Shown in pieces: positions 39,558 through 55,499 of a stretch of 64,000 bases of DNA (the first letter of the stretch is position 1; every line of letters begins with the position of its first letter). The translations under genes were made by a program, and so were the position numbers. This DNA is from the human T2T-CHM13v2.0 reference genome, Homo sapiens, in assembly GCF_009914755.1 (NCBI RefSeq), contig NC_060932.1, one strand, 5' to 3'. Under the pieces are notes generated by a model, which saw only the letters and a program-made list of their open reading frames with translations, had not been told where the DNA came from and did not search any database.

Positions 39558-40569
39558 GATGTGTAACCAAAGGGAAGGAGTTTCTTCTAGGAGAGCAGGT
39601 AATTAATTCAAAAAATAAAAGAGTATCTGTGTGCCAGGAACTGTGTAAAATGTTAAAATAATGCAAACCCATGATCTTTCTCTCAAGAGCCCAATCAGAT
39701 GCTTTAAAACAGTGTCTAGAAGGAGACTGGGGGAAAACAACTCCCTGAGAATTGACAACCGATGAGCCAAACAGCCAACAGGACCACAGGAAGCCCCTGA
39801 ACTCTGAATGCAAGTCCAGCTGCCCCTCATGAGTCCACCCCACAATCTTGGCGAGTGGAAGTGAAAGTTATCCGCATTTTAACCACATTTCCATCTCAAG
39901 TTGTTGTTTTAAAAGATTTCAAAAATCCTTACGGAAAAGGGTCACATTCAATTTTCCAGATACTATCTAGATGCTGGGCCAATCGCAACAGCTGATGACG
40001 AACGCACGAGGCCCCAGTGGCAGGTGCTGTCCCCAGCAGCAGGCCCCGTGCACAACACTTGCCCTGCATCCCCACACAGTTCTGTGCTAGTTACTTCTTG
40101 CCAAAAGTGCCAGATTCATGTTATTTTTGAAATGCTCTAAGTTTAGAATTTTAAGGGGAAAAGACCAGAATGCAGAATGAACACACTGCACTTGTTCATA
40201 CCTCCATCCAATAGGAAGAAAAACCACCTTAAAGCAGATGGAAGAATTATTTTGTCCTGTTTTCGCTTCATTTTAGCTGTTTATCCTGATTATTTCCAGA
40301 GCATGATGATTAAATAATTCCTCTTTGTTCCCAATGGCGAAGGTGCTTTCTCAAATCCAGGAGCACATATCAATTTTGCTCACATCTGAAATTGCATTTA
40401 AAACGGTGAAATCAGGAAAAGAAATCCAAAACACACTTTTAATTATGATAAATCTACTCTACCAATTAAGAATTACATCTGGCAAATCATAATGGAAACC
40501 CCTGCTGAGTGGCTAAAACAAAATGATGGTTTATCATTTCAGTTTATTATACGAAGTTGAAAGGAGATA

Positions 40570-41990
<1,421 letters not shown>

Positions 41991-43339
41991 TAAACACATT
42001 TTCTATATATCCATCTCTTATTTTTATAGATTTTTGTGCTTGCTTTTGTTTTTATAACGAAATATTTCATGCAGCTGGAATATGTTCCCCCAGCTTCATT
42101 TTTCCACGTGGCTAGTCAACAGCTCTTCATTATTTACTTAATATTCCAGATTATGAACTCTTTAATTGCTACCTTCATCATCTGCTAGAATTTCACTTTT
42201 GCTAGGGTTTATTCTAGAACTTCAAAATATGTCCTACTAATTTATCTATGCCTGACCCTCGCTACTGTTTTTTATTCATTGCTGGGATATGCTGCATTTA
42301 GTATTCATATTAACAGAAATTATTAACCACTATTAACATAAATTATTAACCACTATTAACATACATTATTAACCTCTAAAACAAATTAATCAACTTACTT
42401 TTACATCCCTTCTTTCAGAATTATTGTCATTTTTCTGCTGGTCTTATATGTGTATTCTACTAGATAAATTAGGGAAGCATTTTGTAAAGTTTTCCACAAA
42501 CAAAATGACCTTTTATAATTTGGAATACAAGCGTGATGCTATCAAATAATCTTATATGTTTCTGTGATGTTTCCTTTAAAATATCCTCTACGTAATATGA
42601 TTTAAAAGAATGAAGGTATGCAAAGCAATTCCAGGACGTAACGAGTTGCAGTAAGGACTGCAGATATCATAGTTGGTGTCTGTTGGCAGAACAAGATTCT
42701 ATCCAGAACCACACATCGTTGAAATATGATAAAGTCTTTCTTGAGCTGCATTTTTTGAAGTGATAAATGACATGGTGCCCGCACGTCATGTCCACAGTCC
42801 CCGAAACATCAGTCCCACCATGGAACCGTGTCAGTATGTGCACATACATTATATTTCAACTTTAAAAATGACCTTAACTCGTGAGCTACAAATCCTCCGC
42901 ACACTGTGTGGATACAAAGTACTAACTGAATCACCAGGGGTAGGGAATAAATTACAGACTGCAGAGCACAGGAGCATGTTTCTTTCCAGTGTCTTTTTCT
43001 TTATTTTGTAAAGGGCTTTGTTGAGAAAAGAGAATGGTTCTGTAATATTAAAGGAAAAAAAAACCAGATTCCTGACAGGTAAAAGAAGAAACATCAGAGG
43101 TTTTCGTTTGTTTTTGTTCTGTATACTTTTGTTTCTTCTTGCCTGCATAACTTATATAGAATATATTTGGTCAATAGAAATCAGTTGGTTTTCCCAATTT
43201 GATTATAATAGATTATATATGTAAAACACTGAGAATGCGTGTGGACGTTAAGGACAGCTCTACCTATTGGGTTAACCCTGGGATTGGCCTTTAAACTTTC
43301 TGGACCTCAGTTTGTTTTGCATTCACTTTAATAATTTAC

Positions 43340-43624
43340 TTTCTTTTTATTTTCTTCTTCTTTTTTTTATTGAGACAGAGTATTGCTCTGTCATCCAGCC
43401 TGGCTGGAGTGCAGTGGCGTGATCTTGGCTCAGTAAATCCTCTGCCTTCCGGGTTCAAGTAATTCTCCCACCTCAGCCTCCTGAGTAGCTGGAATTGCAG
43501 GTGCATGCCACCACATCCAGCTCATTTTTTTTTATTTTTAGTAGATAAGGGGTTTTGCCATGTTGGTCAGGCTGGTCTTGAACTCATGACCTCAAATGAT
43601 CTGGCTGCCTCAGCCTCCCAAAGT
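43340..43624 (-). mobile_element. AluJ/S, 5'-truncated
   Basis: Antisense dimer stopping at cctcccaaagt. Confidence 0.94.
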
Positions 43625-43936
43625 TATCAATTTATTTTCAAATCATGTGGGCTAAATGATTAGCATGCTACATGCTCCAATTCTAAAAACATGAGCTGGT
43701 TCCCTTGCATAATTTGCTGAGGGAAACATCTGCGTTTCACTCTCTGTGTACTCAGAATTAACTCTCCATCAATGGAAAGCATGTACTACAGTTTTCAGTG
43801 ATGTTTTAGGTGAGCTTGGAGTAGAAATGGCAAAGGAAAGAGCCTGGGAATAGACCGCTGGTGGGGGAGTCTTTTCTCCCACATTCTGCTCTGCTAAAAT
43901 CATTAGGACCATCAGCTCATCTCAGGAGACACCCGC

Positions 43937-44158
43937 GAGACAGCCAGGACCCCACATCTGAGCTAGCCAGGATCCCACATCCGAGACAGCCAGGTCCCCA
44001 CTTCCAAGACATCCAGGACCCCACGTCTGAGACCGCCATGACCCCACCTCTGACCCCACCTCCAAGAAATCCAGGGCCCCACCTCGGAGACAGCCAGGGC
44101 CCCACCTCAGAGACAGCCAGGACCCCACCTCAGAGACAGCCAGGGCCCCAACTCAGAG
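43937..44158. repeat. GC-rich minisatellite, about 23-bp unit (GAGACAGCCAGGACCCCACCTCA), about 10 diverged copies
   Basis: Read directly. Confidence 0.93.
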
Positions 44159-44433
44159 GGGCAGCGCTGACCCTGGGGTCAGCTGAGGGTGGCTTCTTCC
44201 TCATGAAACAGTAGGACAATTTCTGGGTTCTTCACCGCCAGATTTCCAAACCCCAATACAGGCATTCATCATGCAATAGGCCTCGTAAATATTTGTCAAT
44301 TTTATTTTAAAGGAGAAAATAAAATGTACTGATTGTGTTCACTCCTTGAATGGATATTAAATAATTGCTTGAGAGGCCTCAAAAGTGAGATTATTCAATT
44401 ATTTTGTCCAACCAATGCATATTATTTTCTCTT

Positions 44434-44700
44434 TATATGTTAGGTACATCTACATATATACGTATATATAGGTGTGTGTATATATATGTGTGCGTATATA
44501 TATACACACATATGTATATAAAATAAAATACATATTCATTTAATACATATATACACATACATATATTAAATAAAATATATACGCATATATACACACATAA
44601 AATAAAATACATATTCATTTAATACATATATGTATATACACATACATATGTTAAATAAAATATATACGCATATATACACACACACAAACATATATATATA
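44434..44700. repeat. AT-rich low-complexity block with an internal duplication of about 80 bp
   Basis: aaataaaatacatattcatttaatacatata...ttaaataaaatatatacgcatatatacac occurs twice. Confidence 0.9.
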
Positions 44701-46639
44701 AAATTTTAGATTATTCAATTATTCTGTCCAACCAAGTAGTCTTCTGTCTTTTTAAAAATTAACTAGGTTTTGTCTATGACACACCAACCCAGTGACATGG
44801 AAATGGAGGAGAAGCACAAATAAATACAAGGTTGTATTTCAAAAGAACTTACAGTCTAAAGAGGAGTGGGAAGCAGATCAACAGGCAGGTTCGCAGGGCG
44901 GGTAAAGACTCTGCCAGGGTTGTAACCATCTTTCTCTTGGAGTCCAGAGACGTGAGCAGCCCGTGTGTGGTTTTCTTGAAGATGAACGTGAGTTTATAGA
45001 CACGGTTATTCAGAAAACCACCAGGATTCTTTGTAATGAGTGCATTAAAAACCTATACTGTTCTGAAGAGGCATTTCAGCAGCCACTGCAGAATGCCAGA
45101 ACCCAGAAGACAAAGAACTCTACTCTGCCAGACAGCCGCGAACACTGGTAACTAGAAAACGGAACTTCGATAAAGAATGACACGTTTGATGCTATGCCCA
45201 GGTGAATTCAGTTTCTTCGAGAAGACTCAGCTTCACAGCCTGGACCTCCAAAATATGTCCTTAGTGCTTCGCAGTCCTTCTTCAATCTGAGCTTCTAGAG
45301 CTTGTTTCGATGGCTTTGGCACTTTCCTGTATATTTGGTGAACTGGAAACAAAATGATCTGTACTAGTTTAAACTGAAACTCAACATAAGCTGCCTGCCA
45401 CTTAGGAATCGTGAAATGCGAACTACTCTATTGGGTCACGTGTAGTTGTAAGCTTTGGCTGTTCACTTAAGTTCTTTAAAGCTGTGGATTTTTCACTTTT
45501 CCATTATTCTTATTGGATAGGATGAGTATTTTCCAAACTGTTCTATGGAGCTTCAGGGGCTCTTCAGAGGACCTGAGGTCTTCCCCGGGGAACGATTTCT
45601 GAGAAGGATTTCAACTCCTCTTATCTGGCTCTTCCATGCACAGATTAGCTGAGTTTTTAATCTATTTTTTCTATGATACCTTCCTGTGTAATCCAAATGT
45701 TGCTGCACCTGCTTTCCTGTCTTAAAGTGTGGATTTTTGCTGAATTCCAAGGGCCATCTGAATGCTTTATCTCGCTGCCTCGCTGCAAGGTCCTCTGTTG
45801 TTCTCCAGGACTGCAAGTCTCTGCTCTTTTCCCTCTAACAGCCACAGGTGATTCTGAGGTTTAGTGTTATCTAAGATTCCCGTGTGTCATTCTTCTCAGG
45901 ATCCGAAGCCAAGCTGGACAGAAAAGGCATTTGGTCTTTCCTTTAACACCTTGTTTTTGTTGTAAGTCTTGCAAAATACAAGACTCTAGCCACTAATGGT
46001 TACACCCAATTTCTAACTCAAGAAACAGTTAACCTTAAAAAAACAAACAAATAGAAACTATACTATAATTCAGGCAAAGTTTTGAATACTCATGACCTCA
46101 TCCTTTCCCTCAGGAAATCTTCGTGGAATTTTGTACAAGGTGATTTTACTCAATGCCTTCCTCTGTCATGAAAAGAAAGAGGTACCCCGGGCCTCAGCCA
46201 TATCAGCGTCTTTGTCCTCATCCACATACTTGATACCCTTTAAGTAGAGAATGCGTAAGGAGGGAAGTGGGCATCTAACAATTGTTTTATCTTCCCCTTG
46301 TAGGAAGTGCAGAAATCCCACCTCCTATCCTGGGTGCATAATTCCGTATTGTTAGATGCAAGTGACAGAAGCCTGATTTTAAAAAGATTGAGCTAAAATA
46401 CAGGAAAGTACCATCATGAATAGGAAAGGATAAATCATTCCTAAAGATTAGCTTGCTCAAGGTCATTTAGACCCTGTCTTCGTGTCTTTCTTTTTTCTTC
46501 TGCTTTCTTATACCCCTACACACACAGACACACACACACACATATCACAACACAACACACATAGAGCAGTGTTTTTAATCAATGTTCCCATGCTGGAAAA
46601 CTTCCTTGCTAGAACCAAACATTGCTTTCCATAAATGAA

Positions 46640-46765
46640 GGGCAAGCTCAGATCAAAGAAAGAGGCAGACCACTCTAGGCTGGTGGGGAGTCAAAGGTTT
46701 ATTTGGGGGAACTTACACACCGGGTAGTCTTAGGTGGCAGCAAGGCAAGGTGGATCTCTGTTTCT
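46640..46765 (-). mobile_element. Old ERVL-type LTR fragment
   Basis: aaaggtttatttgggggaacttacac...ggtggcagcaagg..aggtggatctc (antisense poly-A signal region). Confidence 0.4.
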
Positions 46766-49169
46766 TTTGGTTGAAACATAAAGTCACTAATGGCATGTCA
46801 GGCCACCTGGTTGCTTTCTCAAACCGTTTACATTCTGCTTAAAGGCCTCGTTGGGCTTCTCTACAATGTGGTCAACGTTCCCAAGGGGTTGGGAGTGATG
46901 TTACCAGCAGCAGCAGTTGTCTTGGCATCTAGGTATGGTATGCTTTCTCTGACCACTGGGTCCAGTAACTCACCTTGTGCTACGTGCAACCTACATTCAC
47001 AACACCCCAACTTCTCCAAGTGGTGGGGTCGGAGCTCACAGCCTCGGAGCCTGAACTCCAAAGGAGATTATCATCACTGATTTATCTTTCCTCCAAATTT
47101 GACTACAAAAGTTGAAAAAGCTACATTTTTTTTGGCTTGGTTTAGGTGACAACCCCAACTCTATAGGGTATGGGATTGATAACTGCAGTTGATAGACCCA
47201 CAAGAAGCAGATACAGGTGTGGGAAAGTATCCTTTTCTTAATGAAATGAAAAGGGGGAAATGAAAGTGCAAAGTGGTTGGAAAAGTTAATACAACAGATG
47301 TGCGCTAAACTTGGTCATCTATTAAGCAACCATACAACTCAAGATACTTTGTTTTGTCACAGATAACAAATAAAACTCGTACTGAAGAATAGATCCCCTA
47401 TCAGCATGCAATACATTAATATGTTGCCCTTCGAGATACAATGGGTGCCTCATACTCTGTTGAAAAGCATCGTCTTCATTCTCTCTCAGCCAGAAGAAAG
47501 TTCATATCTTATACTCCTACACACACACACAAATGCACACATCCCAACACAACACAACAAACGCGTAGCACTGTTTTTCAGGGGCTACTGTCATTATTCA
47601 TCAGGGGAACCCCAAAAGGATCTTAAAATCTTCTGAGAAAAGCTGGGGTGCAGTAGATGTACGCACACGAAGAGGACAGTAGCCAGTTTCTCCCATCATG
47701 TTTGTAAGATTTAATTTTATTTAAAGGATTTTGCTATACTACCAGTGTTTGATTATTATTGAATTAGATGGCCTCTCATTTTTCTTTTAGATATGAATTT
47801 TTGTTCAATAATAATTCTTCAAAATAAAGCAATACTCATGAATATTGATAATATTTTATTTCAGTATAACATCTTGGGATCCATCACATTAAAAAGATCA
47901 TAGATGCCAATCAATTATAGTTAAGTTACATTTAAGTGTACTTATAATAATTCATCATCTTGCTTCTCTTGTGGATACAGAATGAAAGAGGAGTGATTTG
48001 CATGTGTAAATGACTTTCGTCTACAGAACAGCTATATAACATGTCGTCAAAAATGTTAAAGATTCATAGGGAAGATAACAAATATCTACGTACCTCGTTG
48101 ATAGACTGCCAGGTGCCAAGGCATTATTACTAGAGAAAGATTTTCATTTTCATTAGATTAAGCATGCATAGCAAGTAGACTTAAACAATTGATTGAAATC
48201 AGAAAATGTCAAAGCTGTATTTAGAAAATTGAGTTCTTTTAAAGCAGTATTAAGTCAAGGAAAAATCACAGACAAAATGGAGTGGTAGTATATCTCTACA
48301 TTTAATTGGAAATTTTACATATGGTAACAGCTACTGTTAAATTATCCATGGCTAATTCATCTTAAACTGAAGTAGACAATTAAGCATGTTCTGGACTATT
48401 AACTGGTTCATATTTTAGGTGCTTGCCTAATTAGACATTTCCTAAACTAATCATTTGCACTGGCTAATTTTTTAGAACATTTTATTGAGAATTTGTAGCT
48501 TTTTTTGCATTTACTGTTTTTGAAGTTATTTTTTTAAGAACATTGACTTGAAGATACATAATCTACTCTAAACGTTGCAGTGAACTTTTATTCTAACCCT
48601 ATAAATAAATAGATCATACCATACAGAAATAGGATGTTCAATTTTTTGAAACATGTTGGATGTCTTGACATATGTCACATAATACATATACATATACCCG
48701 CACACAACATATAGTCTTATATGTACACATGCATATATTACATAGATACATACATATATGCATAAATACATACACACATATATAATTTTTTAAAAGGCAC
48801 ATTATAAGTTTTGCTGTTTATGTAGAAATGTAGAGCTAAAAAAAAATAAGCTTTATATTTTTAGGTACTGTGAATCAAATTTAAATGGATAATGACTATG
48901 AAACTCTGAACCCTTTAATTCTCCAAGTGCTTATATTTAGGAAGCTTAGCGAGTGTGTACGGAAGCATAATGTAATATGGCACCATTGAAGTGTGGCAAA
49001 TGCATGCATGTTAAAATAAGCATTAGTCTTAAGGGATAGTTGTATTTTTTATATCTAAAATAATTAAATATTTTATATTTATTTTAAAATCAAAAAGTTG
49101 TAGTTTTGTAACAAATTATTATACATTAGGTTTCTCCATGATATGATACCCTAATTTTGGCACAGTAGG

Positions 49170-49668
49170 TTATGTTGGTTGTGTTGTTTCAGCCACCCAG
49201 TTTGTGGTACTTTGTTATTGCAGCACTTGCAAACAAATATAAAATTTGTTTTCAGAAGTAGGATGCTGCCAGCTGTGGTGTTCTGTGATTACAGGTTTGG
49301 CAAGGCCTGTAATCGCAGCGCTTTGGGAGGCTTAGGCAGGAGGATAGTTTGATAGCAGCATTTCAAGACCAGCCTGGGCACTATGTGAGACCCTGTCTCT
49401 ACAAAAACTTAAAATAAGATGTTCAATTTCTGTGCGTGGTGGTGGATCCCTGTAGTCCCAACTACTTAGGAGTCTGAGGTGGGAGGATCCCTTGATCACA
49501 GCAGTTCAAGGCTACAGTGAAACATGATGCTGCACTGCACTCCAGTCTGAGACTGACAGACTGAGATCCTGTTTCAAAAGAAAAACAGGAAGTGGGGTGC
49601 TACTGTAACAAACACCTACAAATGTGGAAATGGCTTTGGAATTAGGTAATGAATGAAGGCTGGAATGA
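49170..49668 (+). mobile_element. MLT1 LTR 3' end plus start of the MaLR internal region, split by an Alu
   Basis: agccacccagtttgtggtactttgtta..gcagc; then gaagtggggtgctactgtaacaaacacct..aaatgtggaa..ggctttggaa. Confidence 0.8.
49268..49585 (+). mobile_element. AluJ (diverged)
   Basis: Dimer with gaccagcctgggca...gagaccctgtctctacaaaa; TSD gaagt(a/g)g(g)..gct. Confidence 0.92.
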
Positions 49669-49669
49669 G

Positions 49670-50190
49670 TGATCAAGCCATGAATGGACATGGAAGAAAC
49701 CTAAATGCATATTCCTAAGTGAAAGAAGCCAATTTGGAAAGCCTACATACTTTACGATTTCAACTACATGACGTTCCAGACAAGGAAAAACTATCAAAAC
49801 AGAAAAAGGAGTGGATGCAAAGGAGTTTAGGGAAAGGGAGGGATGACTAGTCGGAGCACAGAGGATATTTAGGGCAGTGAAACTTTTCTGTATGATGCTA
49901 TAATGATGGATCGATGTCATTATACAATTGTCCAAACCCACAGAATGCACAACACCAAGAGTGAGCCCTCATGTGATCTATGGACTTTGCTGACAACGAT
50001 GTGTCAATGGAGGTTCACTGATTCGAACAAATGCACCCCTCTGCTGAGGAATGTTGATAATGGGTGTGCATCAGTGGGGCTGTGCATGAGTGGGGCAGGG
50101 AGTAGATGGGAATTCTTTGTGCCTTTTGATCAGTTTGACTGGAAATCTAAAGCTGCTCTTTAGAAAATTACATCTTAAAAATTTAAACAA
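49670..50190 (+). mobile_element. L1MC 3' end
   Basis: caagccatga..gacatggaagaaacctaaatgcatatt..taagtgaaagaagccaat...tgtccaaacccacagaatg...ctaaagctgctct. Confidence 0.88.
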
Positions 50191-52754
50191 GTATAAAAAT
50201 TTTAGTGTGAACATCATTCTTCTAATGTGACATCTGTCACTACTGCCAGTATATTAACACACCTTGAAATAAAAAAAACTAACGTTCTGAGTGTCATATA
50301 ACATCCAAGAGTTTGTAACCATTTTACCATAGAGAAGGTGACTGGGAAGGTCCTGGGTAGGTTAGGACAGAGAGTGGGGAAAGGGCAGGTACAGGTGATG
50401 AGGAACTGTTTTCAGGTTGAGCATGAAAGTACAATGAGAAATACTTAATAAAAGGTTCCCGGGGTGGACTGATAGGAAGGAAAGCAGAGTACAGAAATAC
50501 TCACTCCTAGAGCTAGAAATGTCTGGCAAGGTAGCTGGGCAGATACTGGGCCTCCCAGAACATCTATGCCAAGCAGTGATCAGGGCTGCAGTTTAGGACC
50601 ACAACCCAGTCTTCTGCTGCTGTTAGGTGACGATGCTGGTAAGAACAAGAGAGAATCCTAGAATTAGAGGGATTAAAGCAAAAATTGGCTGCAGAGTTAT
50701 TGCCACCAGGAAAAAACGGTTGGGCTTAATTATTTGCAAAATACGTCTGAGGGAGGTGATTGATCTTAGCAATAAAGCAGAAGTCAAGTGAGGGAACCTG
50801 GGACTCACCGTCTGAGGAGGCTCCTAGCAACCACGACTTGACATTGAGTCACTTAAAAATTAGAAGAGTACTCCTTGGATGAGCAGCAGATCAGATGAAG
50901 AAGTTGGGAAGGCATGGGCTCTAAGAAAAGAGGGCTATTGGCAGATCATTACTGCGCCAAGAACATCTGTAAATTCAATCAGAAGCATACAGACAAAATC
51001 AAATCTTAAAAAAACTGATGTCTAAGTCGTACTCCAGCACGTATATTGGATGACATTATGTGAAAGTCACAGGACTTTCCCGTGTTTCCACTTTGTTAAT
51101 GCAATATTGCAAAGCCAATATGCCCATTTTTACCCCTAGTGTATAGAGCACCGTTTGTTTGAGAACAAACAGAATACCAGAGCTCTACAGCAGCTTCAGA
51201 ACAGCAGGGATTAATAAATGGATGGATGCCAATCAAAGAAACCTCAGCCTGTAGCTGAGCTATCTGAGAAATGTCCCAATTTTGTAATTGCTTTGCAGTT
51301 CTGTGATATAGTAAATTGTGTTTTCACTTCTGGATTTATAAGTACCATTCTATCTTGTTAACTAAAACTAAATTACCAATGCATGCCAAGAAAACAAAAA
51401 AACAAAAAAACAACTACAGACTGTCCCCTTTTTTGCTCTTGGAAATACTTGGCACCTAAGAATTTATTCCAGGAAAGTATTTCTACTATTTGGAACCCTA
51501 AAACAGAAATATAATGTGATTTAAAAGTATTTAGACTCTGCGTTTCTAACAAGATGAATTCATATATTAGAAAGAACTTTGATGCCTGTGCTTATGGCTT
51601 TGCGCACATACATTTCAAAATCTAACCAAGAAATACTAGCACCTCAAAGTAAATACAGCAAAGTGTCAAGTTTGTAATGTGGAGAAATAAAAGTGGCATT
51701 GTTCTCTGGAAATTTCTAACATAGCCTTCTTTAATTTTATAATTTTCAAATGTATTTTTCTTTGATTCTTTTGTTCTATGACAATAGTAAAGCTGGATTT
51801 TTATCGCTGATGTGTTTTCTGACCCACAGTTCAACTTGAACTAAATAATGAACTAAGGAGAGTATGTATTTGGGACACTTCAATTCTACACAATCTATTT
51901 CATTTCTAGGAAGTCATTACCATATCATCATTCTAATAGTCATCATAAGCACCATCATCACAATCCACAATCACTACAACAACGTTTATCAAGTGCCTTA
52001 TTAAATCTTAAATTTTATTATTAACGTGCATTGCCAGTTAATGTAGACTAACATGAATTGTTCATTTAATAAAAATAAGATGATGGCCTACTACTTTCAT
52101 TACATTTTAGGTTCGGCACCTGAAGCCTAAAGTGTTTCAGCGACTGGTATGATGTCACATACATAATAAGAAGTAGAACACGTCCCGTACGTTAAGCTTC
52201 CATGAGGACGGCAGGCGCCGAATGTGGACTTTGCCAAATCTTAGAGTCCTAGAGCATGTCCATTTTGATAGTTAATTGTAACAAAAGAGGTACATCTTGA
52301 AGCTTAGGGAACCTGAGCATAAGTCTCCATTAAACTGGAATTTAAAAGGACTTTACATTCACTCTAAGGGTAAACTAGAAATAAATTCTACCAGGCAGAT
52401 GCAGAACAGAAACTTCACCTGTTCCAAGGATACATAATGAATGGAGAAAAAATCTCTGAACATAAGACTGCCCCCACGTAATTACTCCATCTGAATTCAC
52501 AGGATTCACTCTACCTGTTGGGTCTGAAGTACCTCAAACGGAGTGGGGAGTTTAAATGGCCTTGCTGATAGTGACTCAGGTAACTGGAACAAGAAAAATA
52601 AATTCTTTCTAGGAAAACTTAACTTCGGCCTGAGCCTGAAAGTATTCTTACAGATTAAGGTCTGGAAAAAAGTGAGCAGCATGCAATAGAAATCCACAAA
52701 ATGCAAGTCAGCAAAACACTGATTGAGAATCAGCAGGAAATTAAGCACACACAG

Positions 52755-52756
<2 letters not shown>

Positions 52757-52791
<35 letters not shown>
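52757..52791. repeat. (CA)n microsatellite
   Basis: Read directly. Confidence 0.95.
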
Positions 52792-52794
<3 letters not shown>

Positions 52795-53916
52795 CAGAAG
52801 TAGACCAAGAAATTAAGGCTGGAAAGAAATCTATAAAGACTGGCATAGTATAATTGACAAATAACTAGAGCTTATCAGAATACAACGAATAATGCTTAAA
52901 AATATATTCAATGAATGGATACAATAACCGACGGGAAATAGTTTTAAATACTACTGAACTGGAAGGCAGGACTAAAAAAGAGATCTCAAATTTATTCTTG
53001 AGGTATAGTTCTGAATAACTTACTTATAGATTACATATGCACTATTAAATAGCTCATAATGGAGAATAATAGCCAAAAATCACAAAGAAAATGAGAAAAT
53101 ATCCTAACTGAATGATAATAAAAATAATACATAACAAAACATATGACATACAGTTTAAGTGAGATAATTCTTAGAAAACATTTTCTAAGCCTTAATTACT
53201 TACATTAGAAGGAACAAGTGCTGTGGTAACATAAGAATCTGACTTGAAATTTTAGAAAGAAAACCAGCAAAATGAATGCAAAGATATTATGAGGAACTTA
53301 ATAATGGAGATAAGTATAGAATAAATAGAATAGAAAATATAAAATATAGAAGATCAATAAAGCCAAAACTTTAAGATGATCTCGTATATAAACGCAATTT
53401 TAACAAGCTTAAAGAAAAGGAGAAATAATATTAGGAATAAAATAGAATATACAAAATTCTACCTAAAAGTCTACAAAAACATAATTTGCTAATATGGACT
53501 GAAGAATGAGAACATATAAATCATTTTAAAACCCTAAAAGAAATGAGACGTTATAAACTTTCCCAGAAAGAAAATACCAGCTCAAAGCTTTTATATGTTA
53601 CTAATACCTCATTGTCGAGGAGCTGATCATATGAGTATTAATAAAATCTAACAGATAATAAAAAGAGGAAACGGAAGTCTAATCATTTAATGAGGCTACC
53701 AAAAGCTTCATATCAAATTGGAGTTGTACCTAAAAATAGAGATGATAGACTGTTTTCATTGTGAACATTAGTACAAAAATGTTAAATAATGTATTAGTAA
53801 GATTAACCTAGCAGTAGATAAAAATAATAACAGATCATGAATAAATTGGATTTAGATTAGAAATGTGAGTTAATATAATATTAAAACAGTTAATTTAATT
53901 CATTATGTTAATCATA

Positions 53917-54073
53917 TTATTTATTTATTTATTTTAGGGATGGGGACCTGCTCTTTTGCCCAGGCTTTTGTGATCACAGCTTACTGCAGCCTCAAACTCC
54001 TGGGCTCACTCAATCTCTCACCTTGACCTTCCAAAGTGAGGGGAGTAAAGGAGTAAGCCACTGCTCCTGGACC
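53917..54073 (-). mobile_element. Alu monomer (FAM/FLAM or recombined AluJ)
   Basis: ttgcccaggct...actgcagcctcaaactcctgggctca...ccaaagtg...agccactg. Confidence 0.85.
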
Positions 54074-55089
54074 CATTTTATTAATTTTAAATGAAAAAAA
54101 TCATATGTATATCTTGATAAATCTATATAAGATGTTTGATGAAAATCAGTACCATTTATGAATAAAAAGTAGAACCAAGCCTCTTGAAAAAATATGTTAT
54201 ATGACTTGTTTATCTAATGAAGAATAAACATGAAAAAATCTAGTAATCATGATAATTATTGCTGAAATATTGAACAGGAATAAGATAAAGATACCCTATA
54301 TTACAATGTATATTTTATATTGTACTAAAATTTCTGGCCATTGTGGTAAAACATAAGGAAAAAGATATGGTTATTGTAAAGATAGAAGGCATTATTTGAA
54401 AAAATACACTTTTTCCCATGGAAATCCCCAAGTAATTTACATATATTTTAAATTATTGAAGAAGTTTAGGAAATTTCAATACTTTTTAGACAAAAAGTCA
54501 ATTTCTTTTATGTATATAATAAACTATCAGCAAGAACATCTAATTTAGAAAATTATGCCATTTACAATAATATTTTTAAAGCTTCAAGTAATAATTTTGA
54601 CTTTTGGTTGACAGCCAAATAAATCAGGAAACCAACAATAGTGAATCTACTGTCTGGATTCTCCTATTCAAGATTGCCAATTCCAGACGAGTTAGCTGAG
54701 AAACTGACTCCAAACTTTGGAGAGCTTCATCGAACTGAGGTACCAATATTGAAGTACTTGGGTTGCTAGGAAGCAGTAACTCCTGATGGATCAGGACAAG
54801 ATGCCAAAGGGCTGGACCCTATGAGTAGGTAACCCATAAGTAGACTGGCCTCAAAGTAAGAAGACTAGCTACAATAAACTTAATCCCTGAAATTGGATTG
54901 AGGTGATCTGGATTATTGGTGCTGCTGTTCATCTGTGAGAAGCAAATGTAAATTGTCTCTAAGTGGAGATATGTCAGCTGAAGTAATAAAGTTTTTTCAT
55001 ATACAATGATCAGCATGCAGGCAAAATAACCAGGAAATTACAAAACAAAAGCCCACATGATTTACAACAAAGTTTTAAAATGCAATGGA

Positions 55090-55470
55090 GACTTTCAGAT
55101 TTATTTTTGACATAGAAAGGGCCTAGGAGTCACCATGCTCATCCTTAACACAAGAAGAAGCAGAACAAACTGAGAACCAATGGATTATCTTAGCCCCAAC
55201 AGAGAATTTAGATTAAAGGGGGAACCACTACCCTGAAGTCTGGAGTGACAGGAGAATGCAAAGAATCACAGCAGAGATCAATTTCCTGGAGCACAGGTCA
55301 ATGGAGCCATCAATGGCTAGGAGGACATATAGTAACTTGGATGTATTACTGGAGGCCGAGTGGACTAGTGCAACGGTGATAAATTCATGGGGCATCAGTC
55401 TTAGGGGCACCGCATATAAATGGGTTTTAACTCCAGGAACACAGCTCAGCTCTCACAGTGAAGAGCCAAG
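55090..55470 (+). mobile_element. L1M 5'-region fragment
   Basis: ccttaacacaagaagaag..gaacaaactgagaa...ccctgaagtctggag..acagg pattern. Confidence 0.5.
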
Positions 55471-55499
55471 AAAACACAACACAACAAAACATATATTTA

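Larger units (their letters stand above)
52290..55080 (+). mobile_element. Degenerate L1M (L1ME-like) fragments
   Basis: A-rich ORF2-like text such as aagatcaataaagccaaaa, aaagaaaataccag, taatgaggctacc, tgccatttacaata. Confidence 0.65.

Noticed and set aside
43937-44158. G-quadruplex array on the minus strand
   Set aside because: GGGG runs are separated by loops of about 19 nt, too long for a canonical G4
43861-44214. Pro-rich 117-aa ORF
   Set aside because: Reads through the 23-bp minisatellite, starts at GTG and has no exon context
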